DNA of 64,000 bases from Octopus sinensis (taxonomy: Eukaryota). How positions within the stretch are numbered: the stretch's first letter is position 1; each line of letters begins with the position of its first letter. Below the pieces are notes generated by a model. That model had not been told where the DNA came from. It worked only from the letters and a program-made list of their open reading frames with translations, and did not search any database. Location: contig NW_021834236.1 of NCBI RefSeq assembly GCF_006345805.1, positions 7,026 to 71,025 on the forward strand, in the 5' to 3' direction. Below, piece by piece: positions 1 to 12,505 of this stretch. The translations under genes were made by a program, and so were the position numbers.

Positions 1-189
1 ATTTTCCAGTATTTGCAATAATAAGCAGTAATTTCTAGGCGGTGCTCCATGCTGGGGCACCGCCTCGCAGAAGTCTTATTCAAGCAAACCGAGCTTTCAG
101 TATTTAGATATATCTAAGTAGATGAGGAAACATATTGTACACACAAATAAACACACTATCATACATTTAACACGCACGCACACACACAC

Positions 190-221
<32 letters not shown>

Positions 222-448
222 GCATACACACATATAAACGCACATACGTACGTACATATATATATATATATCCGCATATATATATATCCGGTGTTATCTA
301 ATTATGAGTTCAATAGAATTTAATTCGCGCTGGCGTAGATACTGAATATCATGGAAAAGAAGGGGAAAAGCGGGAAGAAGAGAAAGGAACATGGAAATCT
401 GTTGAAAGATTATATTGAATAGAAAAGAGAAACATCCTTGGTTCGCAA

Positions 449-661
449 TATGTGCATGTAATTAAGAGAACGAGAGAGAAAGAGAAAGAAGGAGAGCGAG
501 AGAGAGAGAGAAAGAGAGAGAAAGAGAAAGAAGGAGAGCGAGAGAGAGAGGGAAGAAAGCGAGGCGGAATAAGAAGAGAAAAATCAATGATATGTATGAA
601 TGTAGGTATATATGTATGTGTGTATAGGTGTGTGTATATATGTTTCTGCATGTCTGTATAT

Positions 662-708
<47 letters not shown>

Positions 709-928
709 GTATGTAAATATGAATATAATATGTCTATAATTCATACGTATATATAATAGTTTATATCGCATAATGTCATTTATATATAAAATATAATATA
801 CTATAAGAGACATGTTTATATATAATACTTATAATATATATACAATTATGCACATAAGTTACAACATATATATATATATATACGTAAATATATACATCTA
901 TGCAAGTTACAACAGGTATATATATACG

Positions 929-959
<31 letters not shown>

Positions 960-960
960 A
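449..960. repeat. (GA)n / (TA)n / (TG)n microsatellite cluster
   Basis: Direct: GA-rich tract with an internal ~44-bp duplication, followed by TA and TG runs. It accounts for the ORFs at 349-813, 452-739 and 462-704. Confidence 0.9.
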
Positions 961-1904
961 TTTAAGTATGCATTTATAAATATAAATTGTGTGTTTGTCT
1001 ATAATATATATGTGCTTGTGTGTGAGTGTGTATGTCAAACTCTCTTTCCTCTATACAGACACAGACACACACACACACACACATATATATATAAAGACTG
1101 AACTACATACATGCAAATAATTGAAGGCTATATATAAATATGCATATTCGTATGTATATATGTATGAGTGTGTGAAGGTTCGAGAGAGATATAAACAGAC
1201 TGACTTATAGACAGGTTTACAAATTCCTTCTTGCTTGCATGACACAATTTTAAAAACATTAAGACAATGCCAAACGGAAAAAACCTAATATCTTGTAATT
1301 AAAAATAACAAAATTTGAAAAAAAAACGACACTTCTTTTTATGGCTTGTTTTCTGATAACTCTTTGTCACACAGGAATAGAAAATTTTTAATCTTGTTGT
1401 AGATGAGAAGCAGCAACGATCAATATTCTTTTATCCAGAGCATAAGTAAACGAGTGTTAAGCAGTTTTGAAACGTCCATGAAAACCAACAGCATCTGGCC
1501 ATCGATCTATTCCAGTCTATAAATAAATACTTCACTGAACGGAAATGTCACAGCAACCATTGATGAGATAGGAAAACAAACCACACACAAAAACAGAAAA
1601 CAAAAAACAAATTGCGAGATGGAAATGGATTTCATTTGAGAAAAATATTAAAAAAATAAAATTATATATTAAATTAAATAAAGAAGAAAAATAGCGACAA
1701 AACCAAGTGGAAATTTGACAGAGAATTTTAAAGTAACGATTATACGTCCAGATCTGTCAGATACAATAATGAAAACAGGTTCTATGTGGTTACGAGATAT
1801 GCGAGAAATACGAGCTATGTCTTCAACTAAATTCAACTGATAAAAATGAAAGAAACATGTAGATGCATGTATGTATATCTACATACGTATATCGTTTATC
1901 AATG

Positions 1905-2107
1905 ACTTGTTTCAGTTATTGGTATGCGGCCATGCTGTGACACCACCATCTATGGTTTAGTCGAACAAATCCATGTGTTTGCACATGGTTTCCGTTTGCT
2001 AAATTCACTCACAAGGCATCAATTGGCTCGGAGTTATACTAGAAGACACTTGCAAGCTTGCCAGCAAACAGACATGTCTGCACATGATGACATATGCACG
2101 CACGCAC

Positions 2108-2144
<37 letters not shown>

Positions 2145-2307
2145 AACATGTATATATATATTTACGACGGGCTTCTTTCAGTTTCCGTCGACCAAATCCA
2201 TTCACAGGCCGCGGTTACAGTAGGAAACACTTGCCCAAGGTGCCACGCAGTGGGACTGAACCCGGAACCATGTGGTTGGTAAGCAAGCTACTTACCACAC
2301 AGCCACT
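1905..2307 (-). mobile_element. SINE family A (tRNA-derived, CORE-type; octopus OR1/OR2-like)
   Basis: Minus strand reads gtggctgtgtggtaag (A-box), ggttccgggttcagtccc (B-box) and the CORE-like accttgggcaagtgtttcct, then an internal CA/TA microsatellite and a ctgaaacaagt tail. Many near-identical copies occur in the window. Confidence 0.85.
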
Positions 2308-2344
2308 GTGACAAACACCACACACACACACACACACACATACA

Positions 2345-2478
2345 TATATCAGCCGAAATTGCGAAGATGATCTGGTTCTTGACTGATGACTGAGAGCTTC
2401 GAAAGTCCCGTCTGTGTGTTTTTTTGTCGTCTTCTAAATGTTTCACGTTCTTGTCCCAGTTTGTGTTTTTTTAACGTT
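2345..2478. mobile_element. Penelope-like terminal remnant between microsatellites
   Basis: Starts cagccgaaattgcgaagatgatctgg, similar to 59613-59770 (cagccgaaattgctaagataatctgg). Flanked by CA and TA repeats. Confidence 0.45.
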
Positions 2479-2481
2479 TAC

Positions 2482-2520
<39 letters not shown>

Positions 2521-2924
2521 AACATATAAACATATATATGCGACACATACAGAAAACGGAAAACAATTGAAGAGGACACAATCAATTCCTCATTAGTTCT
2601 CGACCAGCAGTCATTACTATTTCGACGCATTAATGCTAATATTGTTGAATTTGGCGGCGTCAACGTCAAAAACTGCTGCTGTACAAGGGAGCAAACACGA
2701 AGAGCAGAATGAGACAAATACGAAAGAAAAGCAGAGTCTCTTGATCGAACGATAAAAACGACAAGTTATGATGATAAAATTATGTAAAATGAGAAAGCAA
2801 GACAAGGAACGAAGAAATAAATATATAATAAACGGCTGTGATAGTAAGTCAGCTCGCCGCCTTTCTGTCGCATTTTCCCAGACAAATAATACAAACACGG
2901 CTGATGCAGACCATTGCCAGTCTC

Positions 2925-3065
2925 CCGGAGTGGAAAGTAGTTAAATGTTTCTGGCTTTGCGTAAAAGAAATTACGGGAAGATCAGTTAATAATGGTTTTA
3001 TTCAACATATTCCCTTCTCAGATTCACACATATATAAGTAGCTTATTTATTGGTACATCCGGGTC
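2925..3065 (+). mobile_element. mariner-type MITE remnant
   Basis: gtttctggctttg...gggaagatcagttaat is shared with the element at 51332-51521, which has cgagggg-type mariner ends. Confidence 0.55.
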
Positions 3066-3674
3066 TTTTTGCGTGTGATAGAGAGGAAGCGTGGCTGTCA
3101 CTAAAATGTAAAGGCTAATGATGAAAAGTTTCTATAACATCCTTGAATTTCAACTGTAGATTTTTATTATATTTAAACAGTAACGACCCTGCGAATCTGC
3201 TACCCTGAATGATAATTGCTTCTCAGTTAGACAGAAGGCCAGTCATTCTGATGAGGGAGACTTATACTTGACTGATATTTGTGATTTTTTTTTTCATTTT
3301 TCAACACTTGAGAGATGGAAGACAACATTGGCCTTCCTGAGATTTGAAATGAGACTGTTAAGAGGTGGAGGAAATTGCACGAAATAGACTTTTATCGTTA
3401 GAGCGTCTCAGAAAATTGCTTTTCAGTATTTAAAAGTTAAAAAAAAAGAGCAGAAATTTAAAAAGACGAGAAAGTCTTCACGTTCTGAGTTCAAATCCCG
3501 CTGGATTAAATTTCACAAACACACGTTCGAGTTCGATAAAATAAAGTAACAATCAAATCAAATACTGGGGTCGATGTAATCGTCTTGTCTCGCACCCCGC
3601 AAAATTTCTGGCTTTCTTCTAAAATTCCCTCGAAAATACTTACAATGTTTGAGTTCAAACACGTTCATCATTTT

Positions 3675-4051
3675 TTTTTACTTGTTTCAGTCATTTGATT
3701 GTGGCCATGCTGGAGTACCGCCTTTAGTTGAGCAAATCGACCCTAGGACATATTATTTGTAAGCCTAGTACTTATTCTATCGGTCTCTTTTGCCGAACCG
3801 CTAAGTTACGGGGACAAAAACACACAAGCATCGGTTGTCAAGCGTTGTTGGGGGGGACAAACACAGACACACAATCATAAACACATATATACGACGGGCT
3901 TCTTTCAGTTTCCGTCTACCAAATCCACTCACAAGGCTTTAGTCGGCCCGAGGCTATAGTAGAAGACACTTGCCCAAGATGCCACGCAGTGAGACTGAAC
4001 CCGGAACCTTGTGGTTGGTAAGCAAGCCACTTACCACACCCACGCCTACGC
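3675..4051 (-). mobile_element. SINE family A, near full length
   Basis: Tail, body, CORE-like segment and tRNA-like head are all present on the minus strand. Confidence 0.85.
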
Positions 4052-4594
4052 TTTAGTTACACATCTAAAGAATCCAGTAGCAAATTAATTTATTGAACGA
4101 GAATTCAATAAACTCCATCTCTCCTATTCAAAAACCAACTCAATGATACTTTTACAATATCATCTTCGACCAAATTATGACCGGCACTGTAGATTAAAGC
4201 CTGCCGCAAAATAAGCGTTTCTCATGTAATTCCTATTCTTGCCTGAAGTGTTAGTAGTCCGCTTGTAAAAGAGTTAATGGCAATTCTCAAACGTTCAGAG
4301 ATAATATAAAACCTTACAAGGTGATCATTTGTGTTTCAAGGTGAATCCTACTCTACAGCAAAGGCCTCACTAATTTTCTATCAGGGCTAACTAAATTTCT
4401 CACCGGTCTTTTTCGTCAAATCGAGTTTCCCTTTGGCCTGGTTTCATCACTATTATTTTCTGTTTCCTTTCTATGTAATTTTATTATTTCTTATCGCATT
4501 CTTTCATACGATCTTTCTTTTCTTCCATTTTCATTCTCTCTCAAACGTGCACACGTACGCCCACACATAACTATTTCACACAAATGCCTACAAA

Positions 4595-4637
<43 letters not shown>

Positions 4638-4771
4638 CAGTTCATAGACCCTCCTTTCCAATTTTCCTCTGTAGTATTTTCTTCCCTCTCTTCCGTCTCT
4701 TTCTCCTATATTCTTACACATCATCCATGCAGCTTAAAATCTTTAAGCAGATAAATTTGACAATTCTTCTC

Positions 4772-5200
4772 TTATTTGCTTCAGTCATTTGACTGGGACC
4801 ATGCTGGAGCACCGACTTTGGTCAGACAAATCCATTCCAGAACTCATGCTTTGTAAGCCTAGTACTTTATTCTATCGATCGCTTTTGCCGAGCCGCTAGG
4901 TTGCTGGAACGTAAACACAACAGCATCAGTGGAAGAGACAAACACAAACACACAAACACACAAATACATACATGCATGCATACACACACACACACAGACA
5001 CACACACACACACACATACACACACACATATATATATATATATACACACGGCAGGCTTCTTTCAGTTTCCGTCTACCAAATCCACTCACAAGGCATTTAT
5101 CGGCCAGCGGCTATAGTAGAAGACATTTGCACAAGGTGCCATTAATGTTGACTCTTGTTTCAGAAGACGTTACTTGAAGGACTTTGGAAAATCACGCATT
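4772..5200 (-). mobile_element. SINE family A variant with a non-tRNA 5' segment
   Basis: Family A body ends at the CORE-like segment (~5141). It is joined to ttaatgttgactcttg...tttggaaaatcacgcatt, the same junction seen at 56232-56293. Confidence 0.75.
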
Positions 5201-5219
5201 ATTAATAGCGGTGAGAAAA

Positions 5220-5560
5220 CAGGCGGCGAGCTGGCAGAAATTTTAGCACGCTGGGTGAAATGCTTAGCAGTATTTCGTCTGCTGCTACGTTCTGAGTTCA
5301 AATTCCGCCGAGGTCGACTTTGCCTTTCATCTTTTCGGGGTCGATTAAATAAGTACCAGTTACGCACTGGGATCAATATACTCGACTTAATCCGTTTGTC
5401 TGCTCAGTGTTAAGCCCCTTGTGGGTAGTAAAGAAATAGCTATTTCCTCTGTCTTTATGTTCTGAGTCCTTTCGGGGTCGATAAATTAAGTACCAGTACG
5501 ATCTAATTGACTGTCTCCCTCTCCAGAAATTTCGGGCCTTGTGCCAAGAGTAGAAAAGAA
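5220..5560 (+). mobile_element. SINE family B (internally duplicated, tRNA-like head)
   Basis: ggcggcgagctggcagaa head, gagttcaaattcc B-box and gtcgactttgcctttcatc...ggggtcgat..aagtaccag central domain. A second partial unit ends ccttgtgccaagagtagaaaagaat. Confidence 0.85.
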
Positions 5561-5589
5561 TATGTATAACAACATAACTTAGAAGGATA

Positions 5590-5912
5590 ACAACACCCGT
5601 CGGTCATGAATGGCCATGGGATTACACCTAGAAAGCCCCTCCCTCCCCCCGATGCACGAGTCCAGGCTAGATTGCTTATGGAAGACCAGCAGTCGCCCGT
5701 GTGTACCACTCTACCTTCTCCACGTCACCGATGTTGTCCAATGGAAAGGCAAATGCTGATATAACTTGGCACCCGTGACGTCCCCACTTATTTCTGTTCT
5801 GAGTGAACTGGAGGAACGTGAAATATAAGTGTCTTGCTCAAGAACGCAACACTCAGCCCGTTCCGAATATGTTGTGAAGGCTCATGGTTCTAACCATTGA
5901 GCCATGCGCCTT
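5590..5912 (-). mobile_element. SINE family E (tRNA-derived)
   Basis: Minus strand starts gtgaaggcgcatggctcaatggttag and contains ttcttgagcaagacactt. Homologous to 50825-51092 and 28215-28330. Confidence 0.75.
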
Positions 5913-6239
5913 CACAACATATCCTGCTAGTAAATATATCCAATTTCGTCTATCAATCGCCCAACAACTTACGAGATACATTTTTTTTGTATTGGATGAA
6001 TAAAATGAAGGTTTTTTTTTTTTTTCTTATTTGATGACTCAAGGAAATATGGTTAATCAGGGGCATGAAATCCATTCGATTCTCTGTCCCTCTGCTACCC
6101 TGTCCCTTTGCCCCTACCAAGCTTCGTTCATCTTCCTTTTCTTCCATCTCTGTAGGGACCACTCCTTCTAACCTCTCCTTCAAATCTAGGTCTACTTCAG
6201 CTTAGTTAAAGTATGTCATTAGCAGGTAAGAGAGAAAGG

Positions 6240-7630
6240 GGTAGTAGTAGTAGTAGTAGTAGTAGTAGGAGGAGGAGGAGGAAGCGCAAGGTGAGAGGCT
6301 TGTATGAGATGTGAAGACGGCGGCGGCGGCGGCGACGTTGTTGTTGTTGTTGGTGGTGGTGATGGTGTTGCTGGAGTTTTTCGTGAGGATGGAGGTGGTA
6401 GCGGTTTTATCTAGTTGCTGTGTTGGTGGCGGTGGTGGTGGCGGTGGTGGTGGCGGCGATCGTGCTGATGATGTTGATGGCGGTGGTGGTGTCGCAGTTG
6501 TTGTTGTTGATGGCGGTGGTGGTGTCGCAGTTGTTGTTGTTGATGGCGGTGGTGGTGGTTGCGGGAATGGATGTAGTGGGTTTTACTTAGTTTCTGCTTC
6601 GGTGACAATGGTGATAGTGGTGGTGGTGGCGGCGGCGGCGGCGGTAGGAGTGGCGGTGGCGGTCGCTGTGTTGAAGTCTTTAAATTCAGGTCAGTAACAC
6701 CTTTCATAAAATTTCAAACTCCACCACCACCACCACCACCACCACCACCACCACACCCACTTTCGTCACCACCACCGACTTCGCCCCACCATCGTTGCTA
6801 CCACCGCCATCAGCCCCACCAGCACCAATGTCATTGCAAAACCACCGTTAACTCAGTAAACCTCCTCCCCCATACACGACGACCACCAGCACCACCGCCA
6901 TCTACCCTAATATCACCCCGATCTTGTGCACAATGCCAACACCGCCCTTTTTTCGGATATCGACACACAATAACCACCAACATTGCTACCAACAGCCACG
7001 ATAGCAACACATCTGCCACCGCCACCATCGCTTCTATTCTACGACGACCACCACCATCACCTTCGCCACCGCCACCGCCGCCAACATCCTCTCCACTACC
7101 ACCGTCGCCGCTGCCGCCACCACCACCGCCACCACCAACAACAAATCTACTGTCGTTACCTTGAATTACAATTTCATCTTTCACTATCGTTATTCAACTA
7201 TTACCAACACCAACACCACAACCACCAACAAAAGCCTCCCACTACCAATAGCACAACCTCCACTACCACCATCACCATGAATTAGATCCACCTACACCTC
7301 CATCACCTCCACAGTGTCGACTCCGCTAACACTTTAACAAGCAAAGACTACACCACCACCACCACCACCGTCACCACCACCATCACCACCACCATCACCA
7401 CCACCATCACCACCACCATCACCTCGACCAACAACAGCACCATCACTACCACCACAAGCTACCATTAACAACAGCAGCAGCAAAAAATCTACGCCATTGC
7501 CACCAAGGTCGTTAGCCACCACCACCACCACCACCACCACCACCACTACCACCACCACCACCACCACTACCACCACATCCATCACCTCCATCACCACCAC
7601 CTCCACCACCACACCACCACCTCCACCATC
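6240..7630. repeat. Degenerate trinucleotide array: (GGT/GGC)n to ~6690, then (ACC)n from ~6720
   Basis: Direct. The poly-G/V/H/T/P ORFs on both strands are translations of this array. Confidence 0.85.
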
Positions 7631-8269
7631 AACGTTGCTTAGATTGACAAACAACGAATTTAAACCAAAGCAGTCATCCCCTACAACAGTGCAGATAAGA
7701 GAGTGAAAGGAAGAGGATAAAAAAGCTATGGTAACTCTAAGGGCTGGACTATTTGTAACAGTCAGGGGGGTGGGGTATTGAGAGATGTTTACATGTGCTC
7801 CACCCTCTGTTCCTTCATTTACCTTGTCCTCCCTCTAACCGAGGCTGTAGTCAGAAAGTAAATGGATTTTGTGTTATGGCCCATTGAAAGCACCTTAGCT
7901 GTCATCTGTAGACTTTAATGATATACTTATACAGCTTTGTGTCAATATGAACATACGTGGAGGCTCGTTATATACTCTCTTGTGTACTAACAATGTACTA
8001 ATATCTAACGATGTACTCGGTCGTGTTGAGTTTTTGGGAGAAATGAACTTAGGGAGAAGTTAGATTTTCTAGATTTCTTTCATTAAGAAACAGGCAATCT
8101 CTGTCTGTCTGTCTGTCTGTCTGTTCCTCTCTCTTATACACACAATAATCAAAGTAAAGCGAATCTTTCTCTATCCTTCTCTCTCATTCACTCTCTCTAT
8201 CTCTGCCTCTGTCTCTGAATATACATGTAATGTGAATTCGTACACTGTTTCTATCTCGAACAGAGATTT

Positions 8270-8520
8270 CCTAACGGACTAGTTTACTAGTTACTGGATC
8301 AGTGATTGTATGACGCAGTATTCCCTATATATTGCGAGCGCGCTCGGATTAATATCATGCCTGGCAAAAGCGTGACCGCCACTGAAGTGATTCAATAAAA
8401 TCGAAATCACGTGACCTGGTGGTCTCCGAACTAGGTAGGTTTGAGTTCTCTCCCGCTTGCAATGAATAGCGAGTGCGAAAGCGCACTGGATAAGCAACTA
8501 GAAGCAATATCTCTTCCTGT
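8270..8520 (-). promoter_or_regulatory. Candidate Pol II promoter / regulatory island
   Basis: Non-repetitive CpG-rich 250 bp. Minus strand has TATATAG (8331-8325) about 27 nt upstream of an Inr-like atcact (8306-8301). Also TGACG at 8311, E-box tcacgtga at 8407-8414 and palindrome cgagcgcgctcg at 8335-8346. Motif inference only. Confidence 0.25.
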
Positions 8521-8679
8521 GGTTAAAATAGCAGTATTGTCAGTTCTTAGAGAACATTCACGTTAAAGTGACGATAAATACTGTCTTATATATATATATA
8601 TATAATAATAAAAGGGAGTAAATCTAAACTTACAGGGAAAAATTAGATTTAGGATTAAATCTAATTTTATAGTTAGTTA

Positions 8680-8830
8680 GTTAAGCAAGGCCATGTAGGG
8701 GGACATGGAGTTAAGTACAGGGTGGTGTTCATGTAAAGAGTTCAGGCCACTTGAGGTCCAGGGAGGCTTTGAACAAAGCGGTCGTCGGCATCTTCACCAT
8801 CTCGTCTGGAAGCTTGTTCCACGGATCTGC
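8680..8830 (-). mobile_element. 5'-truncated CR1-type LINE 3' end
   Basis: The reverse complement encodes DPWNKLPDEMVKMPTTALFKASLDLKWPELFT* and a ccatgtccccctacatggccttgctt 3' UTR with a (TAAC)n tail. Same family as 33240-33450. Confidence 0.8.
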
Positions 8831-8870
8831 TTGATTTGCCTAATAGTGGTTTTATCTCTAATTTAATATA

Positions 8871-8901
<31 letters not shown>

Positions 8902-9284
8902 AATATATATATATAATATATATATATATTATATATATATATTAATATATATATATATATATTAACACAATATATATATATATATATAAACGGCCGTAAG
9001 GAACTGACTTAATGTTCATGCATGTGTGTGTAGCATAGTTACTATATGTGTATGTTTTCCTCTAATACTCTCTAATACTTTTTAATGCTTTGGAATAAAT
9101 AGGCACACTGGAATATCTACCGGATGCCGTATGCCGTTTTGTATCCTCTCTATTTTCTTATTTGCCATATATATATATACATGCATACATATATGGAACC
9201 CTTGTCGTTGTAACCAATGAAGTACCAGTTCACACACACACACATGTATGCATGCATACATACATTCATACATACATACATACA

Positions 9285-9316
<32 letters not shown>

Positions 9317-9542
9317 GGCCGATGGTATTTATAAAGTGTTAATAACATAGAGTTACTGCTGCATTTGTCAAATATATAAACATTTTGGCGGCTTGTTTCT
9401 CTGAACATTGTCAGAATGATGTGGACGGCTCTGATGAGGAACCAATGAAGTGAGATGATCGAATTTTTTTCAGTCTGCGGAGAAATAGCAAAAATTTGCC
9501 CTGTTTATAGTTTTACGAAATGTTACGTATATATATATATAT

Positions 9543-9600
<58 letters not shown>

Positions 9601-9763
9601 TATGTTGAACACACCTACATCAGGTATGTGTTTTACTTGTTCGTGGGTTGCTGCGTTTATAGGCGTAAGAGGATATACTCTCATCCATATGTCTGGTGTC
9701 AAATCACCTGGATGTCATAGACAAGCGAGATAACTCGCATCCGGTCCCATTGAAGAGCAATAG

Positions 9764-9806
9764 ACTAGACGTCGATGTTTCGTCATTTTTGTGACTTGTC
9801 AGTAAC
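9764..9806 (-). ncRNA. Minimal type I hammerhead-like motif (G8A core variant)
   Basis: Minus: gtta-CTGACAA-gtca(caaaaa)tgac-GAA-ACATCGACGT-C|tagt. Stem I has 4 bp (2 GU), stem II 4 bp with G-C closure, stem III is near-palindromic, and the cleavage triplet is GUC. Confidence 0.55.
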
Positions 9807-10017
9807 ACGTAGCAACAACGATGCCCGACGTAAGCAAAATCGCTGTCTATTACCGTATGAAAAATATTGTACGAACGAACTATCCTCTGGTGTGTCCCAA
9901 TGTTTCATACCACAGAATAAATAGAAATATGAATTAGAAGCAGATCGAGGTACATAAACAATATCGAACACATACACAGGGTATGTATCGGCTGTGTTTA
10001 TAGGCGTAAGAGAATAT

Positions 10018-10449
10018 GCATTTCTACTCTAGGCACAAGGCTCGAAAGTTTTGGAGAGGGATCCAGTTGATTAGATCGACCCCAGTACACAACTGGCAGT
10101 TAATTTATCGGCCCCGAAACGATGAAAGGCAAAGTCGACCTCGGCGGAATTTGAACTCAGAATATAAAGACATACGAAATACCGTTAAGCATTTTTACCG
10201 GTGTGCTAACGTTTCATATTTCTTTACTGCCCACAAGGGGCTACATACAGAGGGGACAAACAAGGACAGACAAATGGATTGAGTCGATTATATCGACCCC
10301 AATGCGTAACTGGTCCTTAATTTATCGACCCCGAAATGATCAAAGGCAAAGTCGACCTCGGCGGAATTTGAACTCAGAACGTAGCGGCAGACGAAATACC
10401 GCTAAGCATTTCGCCCGGCCTGCTAATGTTTCTGCCAGCTCGCCACCTT
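10018..10449 (-). mobile_element. SINE family B dimeric copy with 13-bp TSD
   Basis: Flanked by cgtaagagaatat at 10005-10017 and 10450-10462. Contains two tandem B units. Confidence 0.9.
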
Positions 10450-11254
10450 CGTAAGAGAATATAGGACACCACATGTGTATTCTATAATATTTAAAAACAC
10501 CGCGTTGCTTCTAGTTTATATGTGTGTGTGTGTGTGTGTGCCTCTGTGTGCGCGCGCATCTTTGTGTGTGCATGAATGTATGATTTTTGCATGTCTATAT
10601 ATCTATCGATCTATCTATCTGTCTATCTAAATAGGAGAGCGTGTTCGTACTTTGTTCTCATCCTTTAGTGTCACCCACTTTGGTATTCGTGGCTCTTGCC
10701 TGATCTGAGCGGAGTTTGTATTTGCTTTCATAAGTTAATTGATTGTTGTGTACGAGTGATAAGCATCTGTTGCCGACAAGGCTTTATGTCGAATGCTTTT
10801 ACTAATAGTTAATTCGATGGCATTCATATATTGCCTTTGACAATTGGTCCTAGCCATATTCATTAGAGTGGCTTTGTCTCGCATACATAACTATATAGAA
10901 AATGCCTGAATGAAGATAAGATCAGTTTTCCGAAAGTTTCCGTTTAAAAACAGATCCAATGGTTTTTTTGTTTGTATCATCGCTAATGTCTATGCCTGGT
11001 CTTGACCTTTAGATAAGCGATTGATAAACTGACAAATACAAAGGCTAATGAAAAAAAAAAATTCTTGATGAGAGGCAAAAATGGAATTTCATCCATAAAA
11101 TTCTGTTTCCGTCATGGTAATGAACAAATGTTGACTAATTTGGAATCCATCTTAATTTTCTTAAACAACGGAAATTGTCATTTCCTCTTTCAACTCTCAC
11201 CGACTTCCATCACTCTGTAATAAACACTCTTTTAATACCACTGTCCTCTAACAT

Positions 11255-11600
11255 CTCGTCCGTCTTATCGTTCTGAGCTCAAATTCCGCCGACGTCGACT
11301 TTGACTGTCATCCGTTCGGGGTCGATAAAATAAGTACCAATTAAGTTCTGGGGTCGATGTAACCGATTTAAGCCCTCTCCTGAAATCGCTGGCCTTGTTC
11401 CAACTTTTGAAATTGTCCTCTATGTAAGGCTGCAATCTGGCAGAATCGTTAGCCCGTCGAGTAAAATGCTTGGTTGCTTTTCGCTCGTCCTTTTGTTCTA
11501 AGTTCGAATTCCGCCGAGGTCTACTTTACCTTTCATTTTTTCGGGGTTGTTAAAATAAACACTAGTTGAGCACCGATTTACCTCCACCCTCAAAATTGCT
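11255..11600 (+). mobile_element. SINE family B, two degenerate tandem units
   Basis: ctcaaattccgccgacgtcgactttg...ggggtcgataaaataagtacc, repeated at ~11500. Confidence 0.75.
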
Positions 11601-12042
11601 TTGCCAAAAATTTGAACCAATAAATCATTTCTCTAAATCGTCCATGATTGAGCATTTCTACACCAATCAACAGTGTATATCTTATTGTATTATTTTTCAT
11701 TAAAATAATGCTATATCCTTGATTAGAGATTTAACATTTTAAAGATAGTAGTATGCGATTTGAGGCAATCTCGTTTATTGTACTTAACGATTCCAGCGAC
11801 GCCGTTGAGACTCACTGATACAGATCTCTTTTTTCCTATTTTATTAGTTTCTGTGTTTTAAAGAATCTATAAAATAAATAAGACTTTGGGATTCATAAAT
11901 ATTCGAAGTCATACTATCTCACTGAAATATGCAGTTATTACAAATGTATACACACACGGAACATATTACGCAAACATTATTATAATCAATGTGTATGTAT
12001 AATTTAGATTCACATCCATGCTCACCATATATATATATATAT

Positions 12043-12109
<67 letters not shown>

Positions 12110-12329
12110 CACGCACATACCAATATACATACATACAGCTGCGGACGAGCTTATATAATACGTATGGATACATACATGCAGTGCAGACACATATATGGCT
12201 ACATATACACACATTTATACACATGTATATTTATATACAAACAACTACAGGCGTGTGTAAATATACACATGTGTAGCACTTTATAACATATGATATATAT
12301 ACGTTAATATATATATATATATATATATA

Positions 12330-12505
12330 TCGGGAAAATTCACAAAAAAAAACAAAAGATGAAGACAAGTGGTGTAGACAACAAACAGATGTATTAGTTT
12401 AATTCTCTATGTAACGCTCGGGAAGTGAAGAAGTCTTTAACGTTTCAAGACTACGCTCTTCCACAGAAAGGAACACAGAAAGAAACACTGAGAGAATATA
12501 TATAT
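12330..12505 (-). mobile_element. Penelope-like terminal remnant with a hammerhead-like motif (12435-12470)
   Basis: Minus: cttt-CTGTGGA-a-gagc(gtag)tctt-GAAACGTT|aaag. Both flanks are (TA)n. Confidence 0.5.

Noticed and set aside
2376-2412. CTGATGA...GAAAGTC hammerhead-like string
   Set aside because: Stems I and III cannot be formed.
1457-2680. Possible minus-strand CUB-like exons (…EELIVSSSIVFRF and TGIDRWPDAVGFHGRFKTA*)
   Set aside because: Splice phases are incompatible (phase 2 donor versus phase 0 acceptor), and the similarity is too weak to call by eye.
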